A DNA stretch of 63,618 nucleotides, filler included, from Octopus bimaculoides (GCF_001194135.2; 8 parts of 8 records of this genome joined end to end with filler, not necessarily neighbours in it), one strand, 5' to 3'; counted from the whole stretch's first letter, positions 1-13,239 are shown. Notes: a model not told the origin generated them from the letters alone. A program made the numbers and translations.

Positions 1-601
1 CATGCCAAAATAGATGACCTGAACCTAGTACAGCTCTCTGGTCTGCAAGCTTTGGTCAAACCATCCAACCCATGGCAGCATGGACAACAGACATTAAATG
101 TTGATAATGATAATGATGATGTGTGACTCCCCAACCCATTTAAGAGGACTCTGACTCAAAAGAACTGACTCAGATGATGATGATCAATCTAGACTATGAC
201 AGCATGGGTGGGACGGTTCCACAGAAGCCTGATGCAGGCTTCTGTGACTGTTTTGGCAGGATTTTTACAGCTGGATGCTCTTCCTAACACCAACCACTCA
301 GCAGAGTGGACTCAGTGCTTTTAACATGGCATTGGTATAGGTAAGGTCAGTTTTGGCAAGGTTTTTACAGGCGGATGCCCTTCCAAACACCAACCACTTC
401 ACAGTGTGGACTGGGTGCTTTTTCTAAGTGGCACCTGCACTGACAGGGTCACCAAATACATTGCAAGACAAAAAAAATCTTTTGAGAGGGGAAGGGGCAT
501 TGGAGGAGGTGATCTTGTGTCAGATGATGAAAGGTTATAGTGAGACAAAGAGACAGAAACAGGTGTTTTGCTGTAGAGGAGGTACAAAGTTACCTGGCCA
601 G

Positions 602-642
<41 letters not shown>

Positions 643-1818
643 AGGGATGAAGACAGAAACAGGTGACCAATTCAGAGATATTCTGTGACTCATGAAAGGA
701 TTAACACTTTCTTTAAGAACCATAACAACTTCCCTAGATTTATTAATAGTTTACTCTCACAGAGGTTCTGGTAACAATTCCTCAAAGCTGAGTGGAATAA
801 AACATTTTGGAATGAAGTGTCTTGCTCTGAGACTTGGTAGTCTTGGATTCCTAAGATATGATGTCACAATTTAATTTTTGGCAAGTAGGCAAGTAGGTTT
901 AATGTCATCACTTGGTCCTTGAGAGCTTTCAGTAAAGTTCATTTTGTTGTAAGGATTCAAGCTGTAATGATTTCCTCAGATCGTTAATTAACATAAATTA
1001 AACAATTCTGAATTAATTTGTAACAAGGCAGAGAACCTGGATTTTTATGAACCCTGCATCTGTCATCTGTTGAATGTCATGAAATCAGAGCTGAGCCCTT
1101 CAGACTTGGACTTTGGTTGGTGACGAGCCTTATGAGCAGGGCAGACCTAGTTTGTATGGCGTCGAAGTGACTGAGGTTATTGGAGAGAAATACAAGAAGC
1201 AAAGGGAGGTAAGCCTGCGTGTGTAAGCCAGCGTTTACATGTTGGTGAGGAAAGCATTACCAAGAAGATTACATTTATTGTAATCTGGAGCAAACCAGCT
1301 TATCAAAACATCTCTCTCTCTCTCTCTTTATTTCTGCCTGTGTCCCTCCCTCTCTCACTCCCTTCCTCTCGCCCTCTCTCTCTCTTTTTATTTCTGTCTG
1401 TGTCCCTCCCTCTCTAACCCCCCCTTCCTCTCGCCCTCTCTCTCTATCTTTGTGTCTGCCGTCTCTCTCTCTTTTTCTTTCCATCACCCTCTCTCTGTGT
1501 CTTTGTGTCTCCGTCTGTCTCTCTCTCCCTTTCTCTTTCCCTCTATCTTTGTGTGTCTGTCTTTGTGTGTGTGTGTCTCTCTCTTTTTCTCTCCTACTCT
1601 TTCTCCCCCTTTCCCTCTCTTTCCCCCGCCTTCTCACTCAGATATCTTCTTCTCAGGATCAACTGAAGTTAAACTACAAGTTAACTGAATTATCGTCAGA
1701 TTTGGCACAGCCACAAGTGACTGACTGACCAAGTTATTTCAGAATATGGCATAATGCTAAATCTATTTATTTACTACAGTATAGACCAGTGGTTCCCAAC
1801 TTCACAGTGGTTCTCAAC

Positions 1819-1972
1819 CACTAGCATAGCCGGCGGTGGGGGGTGCCTAGGAGCAGTGTGCACCCTGGTGGCACTTTTGAGTCTGCTGTAGGCAATATGT
1901 GTTTTTTGTGGGGTCTGGAGGCAGCAAACAGAAGGGCTGCCCCAGGCAGCACACACTCTAGCTACGCTAGTG
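1819..1972. mobile_element. Small MITE nested in the hAT element
   Basis: Terminal inverted repeats CACTAGCATAGC and GCTACGCTAGTG (one mismatch). Confidence 0.55.
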
Positions 1973-2049
1973 TTCCCAAACTTTTTATCTAAATGAGTTT
2001 CTCACGGGCCCCCTCTTTTTATTTTCTCTCTCTGCTTATTTCTGTGTTC

Positions 2050-2085
2050 CTTTCTGTCGAAGAGCATAGACTCGAAACGTAAAAG
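2050..2085 (+). ncRNA. Minimal type I hammerhead-ribozyme-like motif with a variant core, in a Penelope-type repeat (about 2010-2170)
   Basis: CTTT-CTGTCGA-A-GAG catagA CTC-GAAAC-GTA-AAAG. Stem I is CTTT/AAAG, stem II is GAG/CTC, and stem III is the palindrome ACGT. The core differs from CUGANGA at position 6. Confidence 0.45.
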
Positions 2086-2221
2086 ACTTTCTCACTTCCC
2101 AAGCATTAAACTAATACATCTGTTTGCTGTTTACACACCTGTCTTCATCTCTTGTTTTGATTTTTTTTTAAATTCCAGCTATATATATATATACATATAT
2201 ATATACATATATATATATATA

Positions 2222-2368
2222 TGGTTGGCATTAGGAAAGGCATCCAGCTGTAGAAACTCTGCCAGATCAGATCGGAACCTGGTGCAGCCATCTCGTTTGC
2301 CAGTCCTCAGTCAAATCGTCCAACCCATGCTAGCATGGAAAGCGGACATTAAACAATGATGACGATGA
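2222..2368 (+). mobile_element. 3' end of the abundant RTE-type retroelement family (tail ...CATGCTAGCATGGAAAGCGGACGTTAAACGATGATG)
   Basis: Near-identical copies recur at about 8760-8893(+), 10186-10385(+), 13624-13840(-), 15355-15618(+), 31025-31333(-) and 37205-37320(+), each ending in (GAT)n. The RTE assignment is inferred from the tail type. Confidence 0.7.
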
Positions 2369-2372
2369 TATA

Positions 2373-2409
<37 letters not shown>

Positions 2410-3009
2410 TAAAAGGATGTGTTATAATACTATTCCACATATACAAAAACAGCCATACCAACAATCCAACATGCCCCCATCATCAGCTGCCCAACAGATA
2501 TCATTATGATTTCGACACCTGAGCAGTACCATTCAATCCGGCGGTGTCAACAGCACTAAAATAAGTGTTGTTTGGGAACAAACATACCAATACATATATA
2601 TGTATATACGGAATTTTGAATTTAGTTCACAGACCCTCAGTACCACCACTGTGGACCACCAGGATCAGCAGACCCCAGGCTGGGAACCACTAGTATAGAC
2701 CAAGAGTCAGCAAACTTCTTACATTATTCGCCTCTTCATGGAATCATGGATGTCTTATTGATCTTCCTCATGCAAATTTCTGAAGTATAATTGATATAAA
2801 CTCTTTCATTTAAAACCACTAATTCCTTTGTTCTTTTGTATCTCTATCATTTTTTAATAAGAAATATTCGAAGAATATGGGTGCAGGCATGGCTTGCTTC
2901 CCAACCACATGGTTTCAGGTTCAGTCCCTATAGTAGAAGACACATGCCCAAGGTGCCTACGCACAATGTGGTTGGGAAGCAAGCTACTTACCACACAGCC
3001 ACTCCTGTG

Positions 3010-3051
<42 letters not shown>

Positions 3052-3487
3052 GCTTCTATCATTTTCCATCTATCATATCCACTCTCAAGCCTGGAACTAT
3101 AACAGAAGACACTTTCCCAAGGTGTCACACAATGGGACTGAATCTACACCCATGTGATTGGGAAGTAAGCTTCTTACCACACAGTTTTACCCATATCTTA
3201 TTAAATATTTAAGATGTTTAACAATGATACAGAATTCCATTAAGAATCAGTGATTAACCAAAGACAAAACAAATTCAAATACTATTTCATGAAGAATTAC
3301 TGGTGCCAATAATGGTTGCTGAAGGCTGTATTTCAAGCCTGAAATTCTAACCATTTTGGTGTTTGAAGTTTTCGTAAAGAAATGGACGACCAGATTGCTT
3401 CAGGACATTTTGTACAAAGATAATCAAGTTTATTGGTTTATTAGAGCAGAATCAATGAGAAAACTAATTAACAACCTCAAAATGGAA

Positions 3488-3550
<63 letters not shown>

Positions 3551-5015
3551 TGTCTGTCTGTGTGTGTGTGTTTTTATGTTTTGTGTGAGTATGAATGTGT
3601 GTTGTGTGAATGTGTGCGTATTGTATAAGTGTGTATAAGTGTGTGTATGTATTGCATGTTTGTGTGTATGTGTGTGTGTGCATTGCATGTGTCTCTGTGC
3701 ATATGTGTGTGTGTTGTATATGTGTACATGCATGTGTTTGTGTGAGTTATATGTGTTGTGTATTATGTGTGTGCATGTATGTGTATGTGTGTGTGTGCAT
3801 ATACACGTGTGTGTGCACATACACGTGTGTGTGCATATACACGTGTGTATGTGCACATGTGTGAGTGTGTGTGTTGTGTGTGTGTGGCATACCAGCTTGT
3901 GTTGTTTAATCGTAGGTCAGTCCTGATCAAGTGAATCTATGATCAAAGACATCCCATCCATGGCTTGCCTTTTTTATCATAAGCTATGATTACATTTTCC
4001 AGGGGTCACATTTTGGAGACGGCAGAGTATGATGTGAGGGAGATCTGGGTGCTATTTCTAACAGAGTATAAGCAACTACATGCACAAGTCAATGAAAGAA
4101 GCTCCGTGTATGGGGGAGGGGGAGAGGAGAGNNNNNNNNNNNNNNNNNNNNNNNNNNNNNNNNNNNNNNNNNNNNNNNNNNNNNNNNNNNNNNNNNNGAG
4201 GGGGAGGGAGGGAGGGAGAGGGAGTGGGGAAGAGCAAGAAAGAGAGGATGAGAGAGAGAGAGAGAGAGAGAGAGTGAGAAGGAGAGAGGAGGTGAAAGAG
4301 AGTTAGAGAGAGAACAAAAAAGACAGAGTGAGTGAGAGAGAGGGAGAGATAGGAAGAAAGGGAGATGGAGAGAGATAGCAAGAGAATGAGGGAGCGAGAG
4401 AAAGTGTAGTAGAATATGACAGCAACAGACACATATATGTACATATGTATATTAAGTGTGTTAGTGGTCGTAACCTTCAGAGAAGGCAACAAGGTGGCCT
4501 TGTTTTCTGGAGTAAGAAAGAAGAGAAAGAAGAGGAGCAGGTTAGAATTTAGTTTGCCTGAGAAATAGTCCAATGGGTTTGTGTGTGTGTCTGGAAGTGG
4601 GAATGACATTTCTGGCAATCTGACAGATCTTCACACTTTGTTTGTTGAGAATTACTTTGGAAAAATAAGCAACACTTCCACGCCATCTGCCATGCTCATC
4701 GATTCTCAATCTCTCTTTCCTTCGTTTAAAGAGATTTGACACTCAGAGAGATTTGAGAGATTCAATGCTGGAAATACTAATAAATGACGAATACCAGGAA
4801 ATCTTTAGTCTTTAGTCTTTTGTCTTTCACTTGTTTCAGTCATTGGACTGCGGCCATGCTGGGGCACTGAATTGAACGGATTCGTTGAACAAATCAACTC
4901 CACTACTTTTTTATGTTTATAAGTCTGGTACTTATTTCATTGGTCTCTCTCTTGCTGAACTGTTAAGTCACAGGAACAAACATGCTCTCATGCGTGCACA
5001 CACGCACACACACAT

Positions 5016-5052
<37 letters not shown>

Positions 5053-5077
5053 CACAACAGGCTTTCACCTAGTTTCT

Positions 5078-5307
5078 TATTTCTTTATTGCCCACAAAGG
5101 GCTAAACATAGAGGAGACAAACAAGGACAGACAGAGGGATCAAGTCAATTACATCAACCCAGTATGCAACTGGTACTTAATTTATCGACCCCGAAAGGAT
5201 GAAAGGCAAAGTGGACCTCAGTGGAATTTGAACTCAGAACGTAACAGCAGACAAAATACTGCTAAGCATTTCGCCCGGCGTGCTAACGGTTCTGCCAGCT
5301 CACCGCC
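5078..5307 (-). mobile_element. tRNA-derived SINE, family C (head GGCGGTGAGCTGGCAGAA, core GCCTTTCATCCTTTCGGGGTCGATAAATTAAGTACC)
   Basis: Box B-like GAGTTCAAATTCC. Further copies at about 33263-33550(-), 42405-42665(-), 54495-54610(+) and 60260-60450(-). Confidence 0.75.
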
Positions 5308-5984
5308 TTTCACCTAGTTTCTGTCTACCAAAGTCACTTGCAAGGCATTGGTCAGCCCAAGGCTATAGTAGGAGACACTTGCTCAAGGTGCCACTCTGTG
5401 GAACTGAACCCAAAAGCCTTGGTTGCAAAATCAGCCATTCGAAGCCATTTCTGCACCTTTGACTATTTTAATAAAAGAAAAATTCTATGTGAAACTGCAG
5501 CTCTATCGAAATAATTTGTTGGTCATTTTCTTGTGGATAGAATGAGGAAAATTAATCCAAATGGTTTTGTAGGCATTTTTTTAATGTTTTATTCTTTCAA
5601 TGGTTTCAGTCAAAGGACTGTGGTCATGCTGAGCACCACTTTAATTTATTTCCTATCAGTTTTGTCTGCACTTTATGGCTGGAACAAACACACATACATG
5701 TGCATACGTACACACACACACACACACACACGACAGACTTTCACCTAGTTTCTGTCCACTATAGTCACTCGCAAGGCATTGGTCCTCACTTTATGGCTGG
5801 AAGTTGGACTAAGATTGGGTTTGTAGCAGCTGGTCTTCCATGAATGTATCCTTAAATGGTTGGCTGGTCCGATATCTTCTTTAGGAGTTTTTCTAATGTT
5901 TTTTTATTAATGTTTTAGTAGGACCCCTTGTTTAAGTGCCAATCTAAAGAAATTAGAAATATAAAAGGAACCTCTACTAAAATC

Positions 5985-6076
5985 TGTTGGTCAATCTGTG
6001 CCAAGTGGCTCCACTCTGTGTGCTTTAGCTTTGTTACTATGGCAACAGTCCGGATACTTATTGGTCAGACCACGTA
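5985..6076 (-). mobile_element. Possible mariner-like transposon end
   Basis: Minus strand reads TA-CGTGGTCTGACCAATAAGTATCCGGAC, resembling Tc1/mariner termini. The other end was not found. Confidence 0.3.
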
Positions 6077-6139
6077 ATTTAACTTTCTTGGTGCTTATTA
6101 AAAAATGATGAAATGATACTTTTCAAAAGAAAGATATTT

Positions 6140-6392
6140 ATGTGGCTGTGTGGTAAAAAGCTTGCTTCTGAATCATATGGTCCCAAGTTCAGCCCCACTG
6201 CATGGCACCTTCAGCAAATGTCTTCTACTATAGTTGCAGGAGTGACTGTGTGGTAAGCTTGCTTCCCAACCACATGGTTCCAGGTTCAGTCCCACTGTGT
6301 GGCACCTTGGGTATGTGTTTTCTACTATAGCCTCAGGTCAACCAAAGCCTTGTCAGTGGATTTGGTAGATGGAAATTGAAAGAAACCCATCG

Positions 6393-6433
<41 letters not shown>

Positions 6434-6595
6434 CTGATGTCGGTGTATTTACATCCCCATAACTTAGCAGTTTTGCAAAAGAGACTGATAGAATAAGTAC
6501 TAGGCTTCAAAAGATGTCCTGGGATCAATTTGTTTCACTAAAACTCTTCAAGGCGGTGCTGCAGCATGGCCACAGTCAAATGACTGAAATGAGCA
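6140..6595 (+). mobile_element. tRNA-derived SINE, family B, with a duplicated head
   Basis: Two tandem heads (GGCTGTGTGGTAA...GGTTCAGTCCCACTG...GGCACCTTGGG) followed by the family body and tail ...CAGCATGGCCACAGTCAAATGACTGAAA. Confidence 0.75.
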
Positions 6596-7149
6596 GGTGT
6601 GTGTAATAATATAAGTGGAAAAGCATGCGAGGTAAAGAAAGTTAATTTCGGCCTGTATATGTGTGCGTACATGATCTCATAGTAGTATAGAGAGAGAGAG
6701 ATATGGTAATGTTGCAGAGAAAAGAAATTGAGTTAATGAAAGCGAGAGAGTGTGGGATGAGACAGCTTCTACGTTGGTTAATTCCATAATTGTCACTCTG
6801 TGACATTACTTCAGTCGAGACAGTATTTCACTTGAGCCAGTCAGCCTCCTCTCTGTCAGTTGCTCTCACTAAATAACTTTTCTCTGAAGGCTGCTAGAAT
6901 TTATAAGAATGCAAGAAGCAAGGAAAACAATGGATATTTTGCAGGGGCCATTGTTATTTCGATTCACTTCTCTACCACAGACAAGAAGTTAGAAGGGTCA
7001 AGTGGCAAAGACATAAATCGGCTCAGTGAAACCATGTGGTAAATGTAACTGCAGTCACTATTGTTTTCTCCATGAGAAAAGTGCTGTTAAAATGTTAAAG
7101 GAAATTGGCAGATTCAGGTTCAAAATGAAGTCACTACATACATATATAT

Positions 7150-7568
7150 TGGACACTAAACTCTGCTTGTGAAGACCTGTTGAGGCAAATGAAATCAAAA
7201 TCAAAATCAAATTTGATGATTGGCATCTGTGCCAGTGGAGCGCTAAGAGCACCATCTGAGCATGGTCGTTGCCAGAGTAGCTGACTGGCTTCCATGCCGG
7301 TAGCATGTAAAAAGCACCATTCAAGCGTGATCGTTACCAGCGTTACCTTACTGGCACTTGTGCGGGTGACATGTGAAAAGATATTCAAGCGAGGTCATTG
7401 CCAGTGCTGCTGGACTGGCTCCCGTGCAGGTAGCACGTATAAAACACCATTTGAGCATGGCCGTTGCCAGTACCACCTGACTGGCCCTCGTGCCGGTGGC
7501 ATGTAAAAGCACCCACTACACTCTCGGAGTGGTTGGCATTAGGAAGGGCATCCAGCTGTAGAAACCCT
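7150..7568 (+). mobile_element. RTE-type 3' UTR with a ~65-bp internal tandem array
   Basis: Colinear, unit for unit, with the copy at 15929-16505 on the opposite strand. Confidence 0.7.
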
Positions 7569-7569
7569 G

Positions 7570-7885
7570 GTGGCAGCAGCAGTGGTGATGATGATTAGGA
7601 TGATAATGTTGTTGTTGCTGCTACTGCTGATGACGATGGTGGAGCTGGCGGTGGTGGTGGTGATGGCGGTGGTGGTGGTGATGGCGGTGGTGGTGGTGAT
7701 GGCGGTGGTGGTGGTGATGGCGGTGGTGGTGGTGATGGCGGTGGTTGCAGTGGGGGGCAGCGGCGGTGGAAGTTGTGGTAGCGGTGGTCATGATGTTTAG
7801 GATGACAATGCTTTTGCTGTTGCTGCTGCTGATGATGATGGTGATGATGCTGATGATGATAATGATAATGATGGTGATGATTACC
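7570..7885. repeat. Compound (GGT/GAT/GCT)n microsatellite with an 18-bp unit GCGGTGGTGGTGGTGATG repeated about 5 times
   Basis: Direct inspection. Confidence 0.9.
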
Positions 7886-8407
7886 ATCTAAGTAGATTAA
7901 TAGACTCTAACCTTATATGAAAGCCAAATACTCTTAAATTCATTTGGTTGCCAACTTCATTATGAATGTCAAAGGTCAAATTTATTGATTAAATAATGTT
8001 GAGGATGGTTTTATTTTATTTATTTATATATTCTATATTGTTTCATTTTATCTCATTAATTTACCTCAATAAGAAACAAATCACATTAAAACTTTGGTTG
8101 TATCCCCTCGAACTCCCTCTAACTTAATCATGTTCACATCATTCGAATCCTCACCAGGCAGCATTTTGGGTCACAAGACACACCACACTGTTATTTTACC
8201 CTGGAAGTTTTCGTTGGGTTTATTCTATTTTGGAATGGTTTCTATTGCTATGGAATCAGTCTTTTAGGATGAAGAAGATGACTCATCAACATTGAATGTC
8301 TGTGTTCCAAACTGGCATGAACTGAATGGTCTGACAGGATAAGACGGGGCCAATGTTCTGCTTTGACTTAGTTTCTATGGCTGAATGCCCTTTGTAACAC
8401 CAACCAC

Positions 8408-8541
8408 GATGGATATTTGTCCTCATCTTGTTTGTTGTTAACACAGCGTTTCGGCTGATACACCCTCCAGCCTTCATCAGGTGTCTTGGGGAAATTTCGA
8501 ACCTGGGTTCTCATTCCTAAGGTATTTTTCAATGTTGTTGT
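8408..8541 (-). mobile_element. Non-autonomous Penelope-type repeat (family E) carrying a hammerhead motif at 8440-8485
   Basis: Minus strand reads GACAC-CTGATGA-A-GGCTG gagggtgtat CAGCC-GAAAC-GCT-GTGTT. Same family as 53040-53150 and 62940-63086. Confidence 0.7.
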
Positions 8542-8542
8542 A

Positions 8543-8604
<62 letters not shown>

Positions 8605-9670
8605 GGCCACGGGCATATATTCTCTCCATTATTGGCTTGCATTCGAGTAAGGTAATCCAAGTTAATAATTCTGTATTAAAACATAACACTCCACCTGCTG
8701 TGGAGGCTGGGAATTTGAGCATGAGATCCTACTGGTTTGATGAGCCTTCTCTGCTGCACTGGTTCAACAGTTGTAGAAACACTGCCAGATCAGACTGGAG
8801 CCTGGTGCAGCCTCCTGGCTTCCCAGACCCCAGTTGAACCGTCCAACCCATGCCAGCATGGAAAACGGACGTTAAACAATGATGATGATGATGGTACAAA
8901 TTAGATACATTAATGATGGGCTTCCATACAGTTTCCCTCAACTAAATTCAACCACAAGTCATTGGGAGGCCCAGGGCAGTAGTGGAAGACACTGACTGAA
9001 GGTGCCATGCAGTGGGATTGAACCAAAAAACCATACCGTTGCAAAGAAAGCTTCTTAACTACCCAGCCATGCCTTTGCCAGCAGAGAAAGAAAAAGAAAA
9101 ACTAAACACTTCAGATTTTTTTCCTTTTCCTTTCCTTACAAACATGGCACCTTATGTGTGTCTGAAAGATCAATGTTGTCTTCTGATTTAACTCTGTTTA
9201 GGTTTCAAATAAAAACCAATATTAGTCACATGAATTTTGCACTAACTACTACTTACTAAGACTCATACGACTTAGTCTACTATATTTGGAATATGTCTCA
9301 AAGAGAAATCAATAATTTACCGTTGGCTGGCTGTGGTTCCTGTAACATTTTGTTCACGAATCTAGCTAAAAAGTTTTAATTACTGGCGGCATCAAAAGAA
9401 AGTTTAAAAAGACCACTTAAAGCAGCAGTTCTTTTGGGAGAGTCATTTCTTTAATAACTAAATCAAAAACGAAACCAAAGTTAATGTTTCGGTTATACTA
9501 GGATTTAATTTAATTGTATATGTTTGAAGTGGAGATATTAGAAATATAGAAATAATGAAATCTCGGGGAAAGAAGCAAGAAATGTTGATGATAACATCGC
9601 ACAAAAGAAAACTGTTATTGTGTTGGAATATTTATTATAATCTGATAGATTTCTCTTATTGAATGGCACA

Positions 9671-9712
<42 letters not shown>

Positions 9713-11607
9713 TTAATGTCTGTTTGCTATGCTGGTATGGGTTGGATGGCTTGACAGGAGCTGGCAAACTAAAGAGCTGTACCAGGCTCCAATTGTATGT
9801 TACAGTATGGTCCCTATGGCTTGATGCCTTTCCTAAATCCAGCCACTTTACAGAGGGTCTGCCGGGTGCTTTTTACATGGCACCAACCACAGAACTGTGA
9901 CAGATATTTGTTCTATTCCTCTCACTAGAAATAGTTGAATTATTCTTTTTTTCTTGAGCTCAGTTCTCGGACTGTGACCTTGCTGGAGTACAGTTGGTAT
10001 TTAGTTCTTTTAAGAAGTCTGGTACTTCTATCAGTCTCTTTTACCAAACTGCTAAGTTTAAGGAGATGAAAACAAACCAACACTGGTTCTCATGCAGTGG
10101 GGAAGGAACAGACACACAAATACAAAGGCAAACACCCACACACACACACACATAGATATATACTAGATATATACATATGGCCCTTGTGCCGGTAGCACGT
10201 AAAAACATGCACTACACTCTTGGAGTGGTTGGCGTTAGGAAGGGCATCCAGCTGTAGAAACTCTGCCAGATCAGATTGGAGCCTGGTGCAGCCTGCTGGC
10301 TTGCCAGTCCTCAGTCAAATCATCCAACCCATGCTAGCATGGAAAGCAGACGTTAAACGATGATGATGATGATGATGATGATGATATATATATATACACA
10401 CACACACACTCACACACACATAGATATGTACATACATACATATATACATACATACATATATATATATAATATAATATAGGATAAATTCTTTATAAGAATT
10501 TATCAAGTAGTCAGCGTGAAAAAACCTCATAATGAAAAAATAACGAAAAATTTCGTAATGAAAAGATTCATCGTTTCTCCATAGATATATTTAAATATAT
10601 ATAAAAAAGGGCATTAATTGTGTATCAATACCTCACGCTATCGAGGGACTAAATAAGTAAAAAAACTACCAAAAATAAGTAACATATTTACCGAAAGCGA
10701 GGGAATGCAACTTTTCAAATTTTATCTCTTAAAAACATTTAACTCATACTGATGAACAAAAGAATACAGGTTACTTCACAGTTTTTTCTGTATTTGATTG
10801 AGAAACCAGTGGTCTGCCGTTGAGTTAAATGTTTTTAAGAGATAAAATTTGAAAAGTTGCATTCCCTCGCTTTCGGTAAATATGTTACTTATTTTTGGTA
10901 GTTTTTTTACTTATTTAGTCNNNNNNNNNNNNNNNNNNNNNNNNNNNNNNNNNNNNNNNNNNNNNNNNNNNNNNNNNNNNNNNNNNNNNNNNNNNNNNNN
11001 NNNNNNNNNNNNNNNNNNNNNNNNNNNNNNNNNNNNNNNNNNNNNNNNNNNNNNNNNNNNNNNNNNNNNNNNNNNNNNNNNNNNNNNNNNNNNNNNNNNN
11101 NNNNNNNNNNNNNNNNNNNNNNNNNNNNNNNNNNNNNNNNNNNNNNNNNNNNNNNNNNNNNNNNNNNNNNNNNNNNNNNNNNNNNNNNNNNNNNNNNNNN
11201 NNNNNNNNNNNNNNNNNNNNNNNNNNNNNNNNNNNNNNNNNNNNNNNNNNNNNNNNNNNNNNNNNNNNNNNNNNNNNNNNNNNNNNNNNNNNNNNNNNNN
11301 NNNNNNNNNNNNNNNNNNNNNNNNNNNNNNNNNNNNNNNNNNNNNNNNNNNNNNNNNNNNNNNNNNNNNNNNNNNNNNNNNNNNNNNNNNNNNNNNNNNN
11401 NNNNNNNNNNNNNNNNNNNNNNNNNNNNNNNNNNNNNNNNNNNNNNNNNNNNNNNNNNNNNNNNNNNNNNNNNNNNNNNNNNNNNNNNNNNNNNNNNNNN
11501 NNNNNNNNNNNNNNNNNNNNNNNNNNNNNNNNNNNNNNNNNNNNNNNNNNNNNNNNNNNNNNNNNNNNNNNNNNNNNNNNNNNNNNNNNNNNNNNNNNNN
11601 NNNNNNN

Positions 11608-11658
<51 letters not shown>

Positions 11659-11988
11659 AAGATAGAGTCAGCAAATAAGGCGTTCATCACCACACGTTTC
11701 CATACACCATAGATCTTCATATATTACTGGTATTTGATTATGCAATGGTTTACCTGTATAATGGGATCCTGTTGTATTTCTTCAGGTGATATTCAATTGC
11801 TGCCTCCGTTAATTAAAAAAAACCTTCGACTTCGATGCTAGCACATCCATCTGCCTTGTTCGAATTTAGCAGACACTGGCAGTTTCATTCCGTTTGCTGT
11901 TAACGTACTTCTACTATGAGTGGTATTGGATGTATTGGCTGCTTATTTTGTTCTTGTTAGGCTGCACATGGGAAAGCAGAGGTTAAAC

Positions 11989-12036
<48 letters not shown>

Positions 12037-12329
12037 CTGAATATGTTATTTGCTATTTCCTCCATCAAGTCTTCTATAACAATAATAATAATTTTTTGAA
12101 TTTATTCTTTTTTGCACTGAGGAGAACAGTAATATGTAATTAATTTAATTCAATTAAATTAATTTCTAATTATTCTACCGTGTTATTTACATCTTAATAT
12201 CACTGTTCGAAACGATCATATGCATGTATTAAGATTCTTTTTTTAATTTAAACATCTTCTCTTCTCTATCTCTAACAGTTTATTGAGTTTCTGTGGGATA
12301 TCTTTCCATAAATTCTCATCACATACCAT

Positions 12330-12373
<44 letters not shown>

Positions 12374-12478
12374 ATGGTATGTGATGAGAATTTATGGAAA
12401 GATATCCCACAGAAACTCAATAAACTGTTAGAGATAGAGAAGAGAAGATGTTTAAATTAAAAAAAGAATCTTAATACA

Positions 12479-12514
<36 letters not shown>

Positions 12515-12698
12515 NNNNNNNNNNNNNNNNNNNNNNNNNNNNNNNNNNNNNNNNNNNNNNNNNNNNNNNNNNNNNNNNNNNNNNNCATATGCATGTATTA
12601 AGATTCTTTTTTTAATTTAAACATCTTCTCTTCTCTATCTCTAACAGTTTATTGAGTTTCTGTGGGATATCTTTCCATAAATTCTCATCACATACCAT

Positions 12699-12742
<44 letters not shown>

Positions 12743-12847
12743 ATGGTATGTGATGAGAATTTATGGAAAGATATCCCACAGAAACTCAATAAACTGTTAG
12801 AGATAGAGAAGAGAAGATGTTTAAATTAAAAAAAGAATCTTAATACA

Positions 12848-12885
<38 letters not shown>

Positions 12886-13186
12886 CATATTTACACATAC
12901 ACATACACAAATACAATTTTCTCTTGAGGAAGGAAGCCAGGCTTATAGTAATATCTTTGTGCAACTATTTACTAGTTGCATACTCAGGACTTATTGCCCA
13001 TTTTATTTGCAAATCATGAACTTTATGATTATTACGTAATTCCAAGCTTCCTGAAACAGCTGTCAAGCTAAGAAATCATGTATTAAGTAATCATGCTCTA
13101 TGTAAATATATTTAAGTACATATATATGTGTTTACCTTTATGAATATATGTAGCTATGTATATATCTACATATATATATCTATGTG

Positions 13187-13236
<50 letters not shown>

Positions 13237-13239
13237 CAT

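Larger units (their letters stand above)
1787..2692. mobile_element. Non-autonomous hAT (Charlie/Buster-like) MITE containing nested insertions
   Basis: TIRs CAGTGGTTCCCAA and CTGGGAACCACTA, with a perfect 8-bp TSD GTATAGAC at 1779-1786 and 2693-2700. Confidence 0.85.

Noticed and set aside
661-1300. Possible old LINE endonuclease relic (similar weak hint at 17040-17540)
   Set aside because: Only vague motif resemblance, which is not supportable without a profile search.
3464-3926. His/Thr-, Cys/Val-, Tyr/Ile- and Arg/Glu-rich ORFs here and across the window, and long X-containing ORFs
   Set aside because: These are translations of (CA)n, (TA)n, (GA)n and (TATG)n microsatellites or of N-gaps.
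10647-10920. Perfect 100-bp inverted repeat (10647-10746 and 10821-10920)
   Set aside because: It is exactly 100 bp, has no mismatches and ends precisely at an N-gap, which is typical of a chimeric-read or gap-filling artefact. A real foldback element cannot be excluded without reads.
12217-12853. Perfect ~270-bp palindrome centred on (TA)n, repeated twice across a gap
   Set aside because: Four identical arms alternate around self-complementary (TA)n tracts and an N-gap, which points to an assembler strand-flip artefact.
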